Shown: positions 43,701-53,496 of the stretch, in pieces
Layout of the letters: every line of letters starts with the position of its first letter
Numbering within the stretch: position 1 is the stretch's first letter
From: Candidatus Marinacidobacterales bacterium
GTDB lineage: Bacteria > Acidobacteriota > Vicinamibacteria > Marinacidobacterales > SMYC01
DNA: 64,000 bases
Assembly: GCA_965237955.1 (NCBI GenBank)
Contig: OZ250169.1
Coordinates: 5,216,001-5,280,000 of the forward strand
Direction: 5' to 3'
Made by a program: the position numbers and the translations under genes
Notes under the pieces: generated by a model
Databases searched by the model: none
The model's input: only the letters and a program-made list of their open reading frames with translations
What the model was told of the DNA's origin: nothing

Positions 43701-43875
43701 ACCGACGGCGGGCGCTTATCAGCGTTTCGACGATTTGAAGCCGGAGCTCGCGAGCCTGCGCGCCGAGTGGCAGGAGGTCGTTGCCAGCGACGTAGCGGCA
43801 TTCAATGAGTTGGTGGCGGGGTTCGATTTGCCGGCGGTTATCGTGGGAGTGGCTCCGACGACGGAGGATCGCTAG
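40705..43875 (+). CDS. VPS10/sortilin-like BNR-repeat beta-propeller protein (glycosyl hydrolase-like)
   Basis: Many SxDxGxTW Asp-boxes; HGDNHDLWINP; RFQWNAPI; LYAGTEFG. Confidence 0.9.
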   Translation: MKRLGMFAIGWLLASSGLVFSQGSHNDYEENAANVLVDHALLEGLEFRDVGFTRGGRSTAAVGVPEQPLVYYFGGTGGGVFKTADAGNNWENVTDGFLGVGSIGSIAVAPSDPNVVYVGTGSACPRGNVSAGDGIYKSTDAGKTWKHIGLRDAGQIAKIRVHPNNADHVYVAALGYMFGSNKERGVFRSMDGGVEWEHVLPISDRTGVVDLSMDANNPRILFAGAWAAERKPWAMNSGSEDDGIYRSVDAGDTWKRLEGGLPTGIVGKTSVAVSPANSDRVWALIEAEGDKGGVYRSDDGGEKWTRITGDAKLRQRPWYYIHIYADPKDENTVYALNTGFYKSIDGGKTFDERIRVPHGDNHDLWINPDNPMNMINANDGGANVTFNSGGSWSSLRNQPTAEIYRVFVDDQWPYRIYGSQQDNSTISVPSRSGGGFSLVPDWYSVGGCESGHIAVDPRDPDIIYAGCYGGSITRVNLKTGESRQILAYPQLQLGAAARDLDYRFQWNAPIRLSPQDPDILYHASQVVHMSRDDGQSWSVISPDLTTNNPEHQDYAGGPITYDSTGVEVYNTVFSFEESPHTLGELWAGSDDGRVHISRDRGATWTEITPAGMPEGGTVNVVELSAHAPGRAFIAVYRYRENDFRPYIFRTNDYGESWDLLTDGTNGIPATNFTRAIREDPDRKGLLYAGTEFGLYISFDDGARWQRFQLNLPVTPVTDLRVHRKNLVVSTQGRAFWVLDNLTPLHQIGDEIASADHWLYAPRTAFRGTALGGATIDYYLKDVPEGEITLDILDANGNSVRTYHGEAGDEPEPESDGFFSEPDLKRIPVEQGLNRFNWDLREKGPELPEGVVHWGGTPGLSVVPGAFEVRLTVGEWSQTEPLAVALNPSVETTVRELREQYDLGKEVASEIELLFGALTDLRDVKAQSAEIVARIEKAKAGEENEEIAAAAKALDEKLMEIEEKITQVKSKSRQDPINFPPMIDNQLTTLYGYIVRSDHPPTAGAYQRFDDLKPELASLRAEWQEVVASDVAAFNELVAGFDLPAVIVGVAPTTEDR

Positions 43876-43982
43876 GTCGTTGGAGGGTGCGGTATTCGGC
43901 ATCCGGCATTCGGTTCAATTTGCGCCGGCGCGTTGTATCGGAGCTGTGCCTAGCCTTGATGTCGTGCCAACTGGCTAGATCG

Positions 43983-44495
43983 CTAGCGCTTTTTGGGTGG
44001 TGGTTGGGGGGGGAACGAGTCGAACATTTTTGTCAGGGCGTTCTGAACGATTTGCCGGTTTTTCCTCGCCTCGCGCTGGATCGTGGCCGTCGCGATGCCG
44101 CGTCACACGACTTGGTTCTCGTCGACGTCGACGATGTCGACGACGAGCGTGCCCGCGCGGTGGCTGTCGATGGTAATGGCTCCGGAAGAGGTCCAATCGC
44201 TTCGGTAGCCGCCGCCGATTCCGAACGACTCTTCCGCCGAGCCGTAGTAGGTGATGAAGAGGTCCGGCTCGTAGTCGTCTCTGAAGATGCCGTTTAACGA
44301 CATCACGCTGTCGATGTGGTCGACGATAATCCTGTCGGTCGCATCGGCGACGTCGTGCGATGGATTTTCGTGCCAGGTATAGGTTTGGTACTTGCTGAAG
44401 TCGGTGCCACGCTCCCACTTCACCCGTACGGTCTGAGCGAGCGCGATAGCGCTGAGCAAGGCGGTGACGAGGACGATTCGGGCAACGAGCTTCAT
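43983..44495 (-). pseudogene. DUF4136-like protein with an in-frame TGA at 44103-44105
   Basis: DFSKYQTYTW...GTLVVDIVD..ENQVV*RGIA...KMFDSFPP; the stop replaces the Trp of VWRG. Confidence 0.75.
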
Positions 44496-44880
44496 GCGAA
44501 AGAGTATAGCCATTAACGAAGACGACGTCGCCCGCCGGTTCGAATCGCCGGACGGGATGGTCGTTCTTGTGGGGAAGAGCGCTGCCGGCAATGACATCCT
44601 CACATTCAAGGTGGCGGCCCAGAAGGATTTCTGGATGCACGTTGCGGGGGAATCGGGCTCCCACGTGGTGGTCCGGAATCCCGAGAACCTCGATACGTTG
44701 CCGCGTGAGACGTTGCGCTACGCGGCGTCGCTGGCAGCGCGGTACTCGAGAGCGAAGAACGCAAAGAAGGTCACCGTGCACGTGGCTCGTCGGAAGGATG
44801 TCCAGAAACTGCGGGGCATGCTGGCGGGGAAGGTGGTTTTAAAGCGCTACAAGAGCGTGAAAGTCGAGCCTCATCAGTAG
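44494..44880 (+). CDS. NFACT-R (DUF814) RNA-binding domain protein; start uncertain
   Basis: VLVGKSAAGND.LT...DFWMHVAGESGSHVVV...AASLAARYS. Confidence 0.8.
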   Translation: MRKSIAINEDDVARRFESPDGMVVLVGKSAAGNDILTFKVAAQKDFWMHVAGESGSHVVVRNPENLDTLPRETLRYAASLAARYSRAKNAKKVTVHVARRKDVQKLRGMLAGKVVLKRYKSVKVEPHQ

Positions 44881-44893
44881 AAACGGTATAGTC

Positions 44894-45636
44894 GCGAGAT
44901 CCAGGGCACGGATCTCGCTCACGAGCTCGTCATGGTGGGTGCGCACATGGACTCGTGGCATGCGGGCGTTGGCGCGACCGACAATGGCGCCGGGAGCTCT
45001 GTGGCGCTCGAGGCTATCCGTATCCTCACGGCGATCGGCGTCAGTCCGAGACGCACCATTCGTGTCGCGCTTTGGGCTGGGGAGGAGCAGGGCCTCATCG
45101 GATCTCGCGAGTTCGTAAAAGCGTACTTCGCCTCTCGACCCGAGAACCCGGAGCAAGAGAAACTTCCCTGGTTCCTGAGGGAGGAGACCTGGCCGCTCAC
45201 GTTGAAGCCGGCCCACGAGAACGTCGCCGCGTATTTCAACCTTGATAACGGAAGCGGCAAGATACGCGGCGTGTGGGCGCAAGAGAACGCCGCCGTCGTT
45301 CCCATTTTCGAAGCGTGGCTCGAGCCGTTTCACGATCTCGGTGCGACGACGGTTTCCCTTCGCAATACGGGGGGCACAGATCACCTTTCGTTCGACGCGG
45401 TCGGTTTGCCGGGCTTTCAATTTATCCAGGATTACCTCGACTATGGGACCATCACACACACCAACCTGGATACCTACGACCACCTCCGCGAAGATGACTT
45501 GAAGCAGGCGTCCGTGATCATGGCGTCGTTTCTCTACCACGCGGCGACGAGAGACGAGAAGCTTCCACGCAAGCCGATGCCCAAGGAGAAAGAGGAAGCG
45601 CACGCAGGGGTTGTGTCTCCCGAGTCCAATCGATAA
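44894..45636 (+). pseudogene. M28 peptidase C-terminal fragment
   Basis: [36 protein letters not shown]; N-terminal part absent. Confidence 0.8.
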
Positions 45637-45660
45637 AGTGTCACGAATGAGGGTTCGTTT

Positions 45661-47801
45661 ATGGCACTCAGCGTTGGAACACGCCTAGGCCCCTACGAGA
45701 TCGTCGCTCCGATTGGAGCCGGTGGCATGGGCGAGGTCTATAAGGCCACCGACAGCCGCCTCGAGCGAACGGTGGCGATCAAAGTCCTCCCCGAGCATCT
45801 CGCCGAAAGCGCCGAGCGGAAACAGCGCTTCGAGCGAGAAGCGAAGGCCATCTCTCAGCTCAACCACCCGCACATCTGTACCCTGTACGACATCGGAAAC
45901 CAGGACGGCATCGACTACCTGGTGATGGAGTACATCGAGGGGGGAACTCTCGCGGATCGGTTGAAGCGCGAGCCGCTGTCTCCACGAGAGGCCCTCACGT
46001 TCGCGATACAGATTGCAGAGGCTCTCGACGAGGCGCATCGTCACGGGATCGTTCATCGTGATCTCAAGCCGGCGAATATCGTTCTCACGGAATCGGGCGT
46101 CAAGCTCCTCGACTTCGGACTCGCCAAGCTTATGCCACCGACGTTGGGCGAGGATAGCTCTTCGCTTCCGACCGAACAGAAACCTCTGACCAGGGAAGGT
46201 GCGATCCTCGGCACGTTCCAGCACATGGCTCCGGAGCAGCTCGAGGGGAAGGAAGCCGACGCTCGGACGGACTTGTTCGCGCTCGGTGTGGTCCTCTACG
46301 AGATGCTGACGGGCAACAAGGCCTTCGAGGGCCAGACGCAAGCCAGTCTGATTGCGGCGATCCTGGAGCGCGAGCCCGAGGCGGTGTCGACGAGCCAACC
46401 ACTCTCGCCGCGATCGCTCGATCGCGTTGTGTCGCGGTGCCTGGCAAAGGATCCGGCCCACCGGTGGGAGGGCGCGCGAGACGTTCGGGAAGTTCTGAGC
46501 TGGATTGCGGAAGACGGGGACTCTCATACGGCGGCGGAGGTCGAAGCACGTGGAGCGCACCGCGCCTGGCTGCCATGGGCCGTGGCCGCACTGGCGGCGG
46601 CGTTTAGCGTCGCCGCGTGGTTCGGGGTCGCGACACCCGACCCTCCCGACGAGCGCGGGGTCGCACACTTGACGATCACACCACCACCCGATGCGCCGTT
46701 GATTCCCACCCCGGCTGGCCGGGATCTCGCCATATCGCCGAACGGGGAGCACGTCGTCTACTCGGGGGGCGGACCGCGTCAGCTTTACGTGCGTCGCCTC
46801 GCCGAGACGGAGACCACGACTTTGGTCGGCGCCGGCGGGGGTCCGCGAAGTCCCTTTTTCTCGCCGGACAGCGAGTGGGTCGGCTTTATGCAGGATACGG
46901 CGCTAAAGAAAATCTAGGTGCGGGGTGGGCCGACGACGACACTAGCTGAGTTACAACAGAATTTGGCCGGCGCTAGCTGGGGGCCGAACGGCGACATCGT
47001 CTTTTGGGGAGCCGATGTCGAAACAGGCCTTATGCGTATCTCCTCGGCCGGAGGGGAGGTGGAAGTTCTGACGACACCTGACGTTTCCGCGGGGGAATTC
47101 GATCACGCCTGGCCCGAGCATCTTCCGGGCGGGAAGGCGGTGCTGTTCGACATCCTTTCGTCGACCGCCGGTCCTCTGGAAAGCCAGATCGCTTGCCTGG
47201 AACTCGCGACCGGTGAGCGAAAAGTCCTCTTGCCTGGTGGAGCCAATGCGCGCTACGTAGCGACCGGGCCACATCCTTTATGTGGCGGAAGGGGCCCTGA
47301 GGGCCGTCGGTTTCGACGTCGAGCGGCTCGAGCTCGAGGGCAACCCGTTTCCCGCCGTCGAGCAAGTGAATCAGAAGCTCAGTTTGGGAGCGAACTACAC
47401 CGTTTCCCGAAACGGAACGCTCGTCTACAACTCCAACGCCGGGACGCCGGATCAGCGCGTCCTGATGTGGGTGGATCGGGAGGGCCGGGGCACTCCCGTT
47501 CCGTTGCCCGCGGCCGCGTACAACGCACCGAGCTTGTCGCCCGATGGATCGCAGCTTGCGCTTTCCATCACCGACGAGTCCGGTACGAACATATGGGTTT
47601 ATGACATCGAGCGCGGGACACTGGGGAAGCGAACGTTCGGAGGGTTCAATAACTTTCCGATCTGGACGCCCGATGGTGAGGAGATCTTCTATACCACCGG
47701 AACCCTCATGCGGATGCGCGCCGACGGTGCCAGCGGTGGCGAAGGGCTGGGAATCGAGATCCCCGCATCGAATGGCCAAGTGCCCACGTCCTGGTCCACA
47801 G
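45661..47801 (+). pseudogene. Ser/Thr protein kinase with PD40/TolB repeats; TAG at 46915, frameshift ~47270, truncated by IS5
   Basis: GAGGMGEVY, VAIK, HRDLKPAN, DFG; ISPNG/FSPDS/LSPDG repeats. Confidence 0.9.
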
Positions 47802-48915
47802 GGCGTTGGTGCACGAATAGCTCTTGACTCCGGCAAGCGCTTCGACTCAGCTTCTCGATACATTGAAGATCGAGGAGATGAGCCGATGGCCGTGCGCAAG
47901 TCCACCAGAGTGAACCGTAAATACAAGACAAAGTATCGCGTGACCAACTGGCGGGAGTACGAGCGTGGCCTCAGGAGCCGTGGCGACATCACCGTTTGGT
48001 TCTCAGACGAGGCGCGCGAAGCGTGGACACCACCGAAGAACGGCCGCCCGGGTGGCCAGCCGCGCTACTCGAATCTGGCAATCGTGACGGCGTTGACGTT
48101 GCGCATGGTCTTTCACCTTCCGCTCCGACAGACCGAGGGATTCCTCAACTCGTTGTTGCGGTTGATGGAGCTCGACCTGAAAGCACCGGACCACACCACG
48201 CTGTCGCGGCGGAACAAAGACGTCGACGTGCCTTCACCTAGCAGGGTGCTTGATGGCCCGATACATCTGATCGTCGATTCCACTGGACTGAAAATCTCGG
48301 GTGCCGGTGAGTGGCACGCCCACAGGCACAAGAGCTCGAAGGCGCGTCGACAATGGCGGAAGCTGCACGTCGGCGTGGATGACGACGGCTTCATCGTGGC
48401 GGCGAAGCTCACGAAGAGCAGCGAGGACGATCCGTCCACTGTCCCGTGTCTGCTCGAACAGGTCGACTCTCCGATCCGACGTTTCACAGCCGATGGGGCC
48501 TACGATACTCGGTCAGTGTACGAGCTGCTCGGTGAGGCCGGCACCGCGGACATCAAGATCGTGATCCCACCTCGACGAGGGGCGGTGCCTTCGGACGGCG
48601 CCGAGGGCACGTGGGCGCAGCGGAACGCGACCCTCGAGACGATTCGCAAAGTCGGGCGCCAAGGCTGGCAGCGGGAGTCACGGTATCGACGACAGGGCGC
48701 GGTCGAGAATCTTTTCTTCAGGTACAAGCGCACGCTCGGAAACAGCCTTCGTGCGCGAGGCTACGAATCGCAGAAGCGGGAGGCAGGGATCGGGTGCAAT
48801 GTATTGAACCGGATGGCTGAGCTGGGCAAGCCTGAATCCCAAGCGATCGTCGGGGGGTAAGTTGGGCCGCCAAAAGGTCCCGTGCGTGTCCCGAACTGAT
48901 TCATGCACCAACGCC
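47802..48915 (+). mobile_element. IS5-family (IS903-like) element
   Basis: IRs GGCGTTGGTGCACGAAT / ATTCATGCACCAACGCC; no target duplication. Confidence 0.9.
47886..48860 (+). CDS. IS5-family transposase
   Basis: TNWREYERGLRSRG, PLRQTEGF, IVDSTGLK, WRKLH, ADGAYD, Y.R...VEN..R.K. Confidence 0.93.
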   Translation: MAVRKSTRVNRKYKTKYRVTNWREYERGLRSRGDITVWFSDEAREAWTPPKNGRPGGQPRYSNLAIVTALTLRMVFHLPLRQTEGFLNSLLRLMELDLKAPDHTTLSRRNKDVDVPSPSRVLDGPIHLIVDSTGLKISGAGEWHAHRHKSSKARRQWRKLHVGVDDDGFIVAAKLTKSSEDDPSTVPCLLEQVDSPIRRFTADGAYDTRSVYELLGEAGTADIKIVIPPRRGAVPSDGAEGTWAQRNATLETIRKVGRQGWQRESRYRRQGAVENLFFRYKRTLGNSLRARGYESQKREAGIGCNVLNRMAELGKPESQAIVGG

Positions 48916-49520
48916 GCCTCACGCGCCTGCTCCAGACACTCTTCGACCGTCGGCTTGCGGCGAAATCCACTCGACGAAGCGTTCGCGCGCACCTTCGTCC
49001 CATCCAGCATGACTCGCTCGAGCGTGATCAATCCGTCCGAACTCAGAACTCCCAGAGCTTGCACAAACAACTCGTCCAGGATCTCCCTATGAATCATCCG
49101 AAAGTCCGACAGCGTGTGCGCACTGATGCTCTGCATTCCGCTGAGCCATTGATACGCCGGATGATGTTCGCACAGCCGCTCAACCGCGCGGGCCGAACTC
49201 ACGGCTTGGCTGTAGCTGTAGACCCACAGGCTCACCAGTAGCTGAGGATCAAACGCAGGCCGGCCTGCGCCACCCGCGACCGAGCGGACTTGATCCGTGT
49301 ACCCGCTGAGATCCAGCCGACCCACGAACTCCCAGATCGCACGCGCTGGGTGATCCTCTGGGATCAAACGCTCCACGTCGACCGTCCGCAGCAGCAGCTG
49401 CGCCCTATCGACCACCTTCAACCGAGCTTGTGTCACGCGCGCTCCCTCATCGCCGTCATCACCATCGCTGCGTTTTCGCGGACTCGGAAAGCCTGGAAGT
49501 GACGTTTGCTTATCACCCAC
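48916..49520 (-). pseudogene. IS1182-family transposase N-terminal part, truncated by IS5
   Basis: LIPEDHPARAIW, GRPAFDP..L, SSARAVERLC, HTLSDFR, DGTKVRANAS. Confidence 0.85.
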
Positions 49521-49716
49521 GTTTACCCCGCTTCCTCCCACGCTTTGCCTTAGGCGTCCGACGCACAATCAGTGTGTTTCGATCCTCCACCACCCACTCC
49601 AGCTCCTCGCCCGGCTCCATCTCTAGCGCCTGGGCTAAAGGTGACGGGCAAATCACATAGAACTGACGGGTGTCGTTGGCTCGCTTGATCACCTGCAGCT
49701 TTGTCACGTATCCCAT
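49513..49716 (-). CDS. Small AbrB/MazE-like DNA-binding protein upstream of the IS1182 transposase
   Basis: MGYVTKLQVIKR...FYVICPSPLAQALEMEPGEELEW; overlaps the transposase start. Confidence 0.65.
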   Translation of the reverse strand: MGYVTKLQVIKRANDTRQFYVICPSPLAQALEMEPGEELEWVVEDRNTLIVRRTPKAKRGRKRGKRG

Positions 49717-49725
49717 GCTGGTCAC

Positions 49726-49753
49726 TCTATAACATAGCTGTACCGCTAGTCAA
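49726..49753 (-). promoter_or_regulatory. Promoter inside the probable IS1182 left end
   Basis: TTGACT-16 nt-TATAGA with a TG extended -10. Confidence 0.45.
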
Positions 49754-49776
49754 GCTTAATTTTTTTCTCACGTCCA

Positions 49777-50118
49777 CTGTTTGGGCCTAGTTACGAGCTG
49801 CACGTAGCTCTGTCACGAAAGAAGAGAAATCTTGGAGCTGAGCTCGCGCAATTATACGAAACGTTTTATGCTTCTATCCGCTCATTCCAGCCTGGAATCA
49901 GCGAACGCCAGAATCCGCAGGTAAGCGAGCTGTCGCTGGACACAATAAAAACGTTCGAGCAAAAGGTGATCGACCTTAGAGAATGGCCGTATCCTCATGT
50001 CTTCAGCACAGTGATAACTGTCGTGCTTATGCAATTCTTGACAGTTGGCATAGGGACGACGCTCGAGTCTGGCGGCCCGCTCTTGGCGCTATTCATCTCG
50101 GGGTTCCTGTCACGGTGA
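49777..50118 (+). pseudogene. C-terminal fragment of a lower-GC membrane protein
   Basis: Open frame LFGPSYELHVAL...REWPY..TM..* without a start, abutting the IS1182 end. Confidence 0.45.
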
Positions 50119-50529
50119 GAACAAGCGGCGGCAGCGAACCCTCCACGAGTCAGCCGAGCCCTCACCAACGATGCCTGCCAAGTCAAAGCACCTCCTTAGA
50201 CGTGACCGCATCACCCAGGACCGGAGTGGCATTGCTCTCATGGCCTCCCACGCGTGTGGCCGTTGTTTTCAATCTACGGATTACGCATCCGAAGTGCCCT
50301 TGGAAGCCACTCTGCAACTTCCCAGAGGTGGTGACAACTTGGTGTCAGCATCAATGAAGAGAGACGGCCCCGCAAACATTTACGCGCACGCGCTGCCGTC
50401 GAGACGGATCTCGGAGTTGCTGAAGCAAGGGTGTCGCCCCCACCTGCTCTGGCTCAAATGGTGGCTGTACGGTGGCTTTCGCTTGATAGCTCTTTCCATC
50501 TTGTTGAAAACAAAACGTCTTAGGCTATG

Positions 50530-50616
50530 TGGTGCCGAAGGGGGGATTCGAACCCCCACAGGTGTTACCCCATACGCCCCTCAAGCGCACGTGTCTACCA
50601 ATTCCACCACTTCGGC
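50530..50616 (-). tRNA. tRNA-Leu(GAG)
   Basis: GCCGAAGTGGTGGAATTGGTAGACAC...CTTGAGGG...GGTTCGAATCCC...CTTCGGCACCA; long variable arm; encoded CCA; follows secG. Confidence 0.97.
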
Positions 50617-50689
50617 AACTCAGGTAGGACCCCGAAGGACCGCCATTATAAGAATGCAGGGCAGGCCCTGCAAGGAAATGCGGTCGTCG

Positions 50690-51076
50690 CTATTGCTGCG
50701 GCGGGTCTTCCGCTTCGTCCTCTGCTTCCTCCTCGGCCGCGGCGTCGGTCTCGTCGTCGGCCTCGTCCGCACCTGGCTCGGCCGCGACGGGCTCGCTCGC
50801 TTCAGTGGGGGACGGGGTGTCCGGAATGACGGTATCCCCGGCGACGACAGGTTTCAGATAGCTCAGGCTCAAAGACGTGACCATAAAGAGGATAGCGGCG
50901 CCGGCGGTGATTTTGGACAGGAGCGATGCCGTGCCCCGGGCGCCGAAAGCGGTCTGGGAGCCCGTGCCGCCGAAGGCGCTGGCGAGGTCTTGACCCTTAC
51001 CCGTTTGGGCGAGGACGACCAAAATCAGAAACAAACTCACCAACACATGAACGATGGTGATCAGGATGGTCAACAT
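50690..51076 (-). CDS. secG: Preprotein translocase subunit SecG
   Basis: LILVVLAQTGKGQDLASAFGG..SQTAFG. Confidence 0.95.
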   Translation of the reverse strand: MLTILITIVHVLVSLFLILVVLAQTGKGQDLASAFGGTGSQTAFGARGTASLLSKITAGAAILFMVTSLSLSYLKPVVAGDTVIPDTPSPTEASEPVAAEPGADEADDETDAAAEEEAEDEAEDPPQQ

Positions 51077-51079
51077 TAT

Positions 51080-51841
51080 TTAAGTTCTCCGCGCGAAGCC
51101 GCAGATTCGGTTGAAGGAGTCGTCTTTCAAGCTGGCTCCTCCGACGAGGGCTCCGTCGATGTCGGCCTCAGCTATGAGGTCATCTACATTATCCGGTTTT
51201 ACGCTGCCGCCGTAAAGGATGCGAACCTGGTCGGCGGCGTCGGCGCTGAAAAGCTTGGCGAGCTGGCCCCGGATGGATTGGTGGACTTCCTCCGCCTGGG
51301 CGGGGGTGGCGGTGCGCCCGGTGCCGATCGCCCAGATCGGTTCGTAGGCGACGACGATCGTCTCGAGCTGGGTCTCGGCGACGTCCTTGAGCGCCTCTTT
51401 CACTTGGCGGTCGACGACGACGTAGGTGACGCCGCGGTCCCGCTCGGGTTCGGTCTCGCCCACACACAGGATCGGAATCAGCTCGTGGGTGAGTGCGGCG
51501 AGCACTTTACGATTGGCGCTCTTGTCGGTCTCGCCGAAGAGTTGTCGGCGCTCGGAATGGGCGACGATGACGTAATCGCACCCGGCGTCTTTCAGCATCA
51601 CGGGAGAGACTTCGCCGGTGAAAGCACCTTTTTCTTCCCAGTAGAGGTCTTGGGCGCCGAGGCGGATCGACGACTCGCGCACCTCTTTGCGGACCTTCGC
51701 GAGCGCCGTGAATGGGGGCGCCAACACAATGTCGGCGTCCCGGATGTCGCGGCAGCCTTCGACGACGCGCTGGGTGAGCTTGGACGCTTCGTCGAGCGTC
51801 ATGTGCATTTTCCAATTGGCGGCGATGAGCGGTCTACGCAT
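51080..51841 (-). CDS. tpiA: Triosephosphate isomerase
   Basis: ANWKM, HSERR, AYEPIWAIGTG, YGGSV, LVGGAS. Confidence 0.98.
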   Translation of the reverse strand: MRRPLIAANWKMHMTLDEASKLTQRVVEGCRDIRDADIVLAPPFTALAKVRKEVRESSIRLGAQDLYWEEKGAFTGEVSPVMLKDAGCDYVIVAHSERRQLFGETDKSANRKVLAALTHELIPILCVGETEPERDRGVTYVVVDRQVKEALKDVAETQLETIVVAYEPIWAIGTGRTATPAQAEEVHQSIRGQLAKLFSADAADQVRILYGGSVKPDNVDDLIAEADIDGALVGGASLKDDSFNRICGFARRT

Positions 51842-53009
51842 CGGTCAACACCTCTACCCCCGGAAGCTTGGATCCCGCGAGAAACTCGAGCGACGCGCCC
51901 CCACCGGTGGAGATGTGGGTGATGCGATCCGCAACACCGGCTTTGTGCACCGCGGCAGTCGAGTCGCCGCCCCCGACGACACTGGTCGCATCGCTCGCGG
52001 CCACGATCTCGGCGAGCTTCAGCGTTCCCTGCGCGAACGGCTCCATTTCGAAAACACCCAGGGGGCCGTTCCACAGCACCATCTTGGACGAGCGGATCAC
52101 GTTGGCGAAAGCAGACACGGTTTTAGGACCGATGTCGAGTCCCATCCAACCGTCCGGCGTTTGATCGATCGGCACGACTCGACGCTCGGCGTCGACATCG
52201 AACTGCGCGGCCACGACGTGGTCGAGCGGCAGGACGAGCTTGTCGCCACCTTCGGCGAGAAGCTCTCGCGCGAGCTCAATCTTGTCCTCTTCGACGAGGG
52301 ATCGACCGGTCGGCAGTCCCTGGGCGCGCAAAAATGTGTAGGCCATACCGCCGCCGATGAGAAGTTTGTCGACTTTGCCGAGGAGCGACCGCACGACGGC
52401 GATCTTGTCCGAAACTTTGGCGCCACCGAGCAAGCCCGCGAACGGACGCGGCGGGGACGACAACGCCATGTCGAGATAGCGGAGCTCCTTTTCCATCAAC
52501 AACCCGGCGCCGGCTTGGTCGAAATGTTTCACCATGCCGACGGTCGAAGCGTGCGCTCGGTGCGCCGTGCCGAAAGCATCGTTGACATAGAGCTCGGCGG
52601 TTGTCGATAGGCGTCGGGCAAAGTCGGGGTCGTTGTCGGTCTCGCGTGCATTGAAACGGAGGTTCTCGAGGAGCAACACGTCGCCCTCCTCGAGGCTCCC
52701 GACAGCCTCGCCGACTTCGTCTCCGACTGTCTTAGCGCAGAACCGAACGGGCTTCCCGAGCAAGTCGGCGAGCTTTTCGGCAACCGGTGCGAGGCTCAGG
52801 TCGGGAACGTGTTTCCCTTTGGGTCGTCCCAAATGCGATGCGAGCACCAAGCGTGCACCTTGGTCGATGGCACGCCGCAGCGTGGGGAGCGTTGCTTGGA
52901 TGCGAGTGTCGTCTTGGACGACCCTATCCCTCAACGGGACGTTGAAATCCACGCGAACGAAAACGCGCTTGCCACCGAGATCCATGGCGTTCATGTCTAG
53001 CTTCTTCAT
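51834..53009 (-). CDS. pgk: Phosphoglycerate kinase
   Basis: RVDFNVP, SHLGRP, NDAFGTAHRAHAS, GGAKVSDK, STGGGASLEF. Confidence 0.98.
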   Translation of the reverse strand: MKKLDMNAMDLGGKRVFVRVDFNVPLRDRVVQDDTRIQATLPTLRRAIDQGARLVLASHLGRPKGKHVPDLSLAPVAEKLADLLGKPVRFCAKTVGDEVGEAVGSLEEGDVLLLENLRFNARETDNDPDFARRLSTTAELYVNDAFGTAHRAHASTVGMVKHFDQAGAGLLMEKELRYLDMALSSPPRPFAGLLGGAKVSDKIAVVRSLLGKVDKLLIGGGMAYTFLRAQGLPTGRSLVEEDKIELARELLAEGGDKLVLPLDHVVAAQFDVDAERRVVPIDQTPDGWMGLDIGPKTVSAFANVIRSSKMVLWNGPLGVFEMEPFAQGTLKLAEIVAASDATSVVGGGDSTAAVHKAGVADRITHISTGGGASLEFLAGSKLPGVEVLTDA

Positions 53010-53120
53010 GGACAAAAGGGAGATTATAGCGTAGACGCGGCTACCAAGATATTGGGGTTTCCTGCCCGGCTCCTACTAGATATTCCAAGGGTCCTGGCGC
53101 TATAATCCCGGCGACAGACA

Positions 53121-53326
53121 GGCTCGGGTGCCCGAATGGGTCGGGTAAAAGGGAATGGGGTGAAACGCCCCAGCGGCCCACGCCACTGTAAGTGGAGAGC
53201 CCAAGCCCAACGCCACCAATACTCAAGTATTGACTGGCAGCCACTCTCGGCCTTTCGAGGTTGTATGCCGAGGGGAAGGCGGGCGAAAGGCAGCAGCATC
53301 CGCAAGTCAGGAAACCTGCCCGAGTC
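53121..53326 (+). promoter_or_regulatory. Cobalamin riboswitch
   Basis: AAAGGGAA..GGTGAAA..CC, GCCACTGTAA, GCCACT...GGGAAGGC, B12 box AAGTCAGGAAACCTGCC; TATAAT at 53101; upstream of btuB. Confidence 0.95.
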
Positions 53327-53385
53327 GAGAAGTCGGAGCGCTCTTCGGTGGGAAGAGCCCGGTTTCGGTGCAGGTGTAAGCGAAA

Positions 53386-53418
53386 CTTCTCGTCCCACGA
53401 AGGCGAGGAGTTTTTTTT
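53386..53418 (+). terminator. Riboswitch-associated intrinsic terminator
   Basis: CTTCTCGTC/GGCGAGGAG 9-bp stem followed by T8. Confidence 0.8.
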
Positions 53419-53496
53419 GTGTCTGCCTCGTCTTCGTTGTCTTCGTTTTGCAGGGCCTGCCATCGAGACTCTCGAGCAGTGACAGGGAGATCTCTG

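Noticed and set aside
44103-44105. In-frame TGA in the DUF4136-like gene as a second selenocysteine or UGA=Trp recoding
   Set aside because: It falls at the Trp of VWRG, not at a Cys, and TGA ends many intact genes here (efp, prlC, pgk). A TGG to TGA mutation or sequencing error is simpler.
50171-51922. 583-aa plus-strand ORF (and the 602-aa ORF at 57319..59127 minus)
   Set aside because: These are antisense shadows of tRNA/secG/tpiA and btuC/pduO, expected in high-GC DNA; no recognisable motifs.
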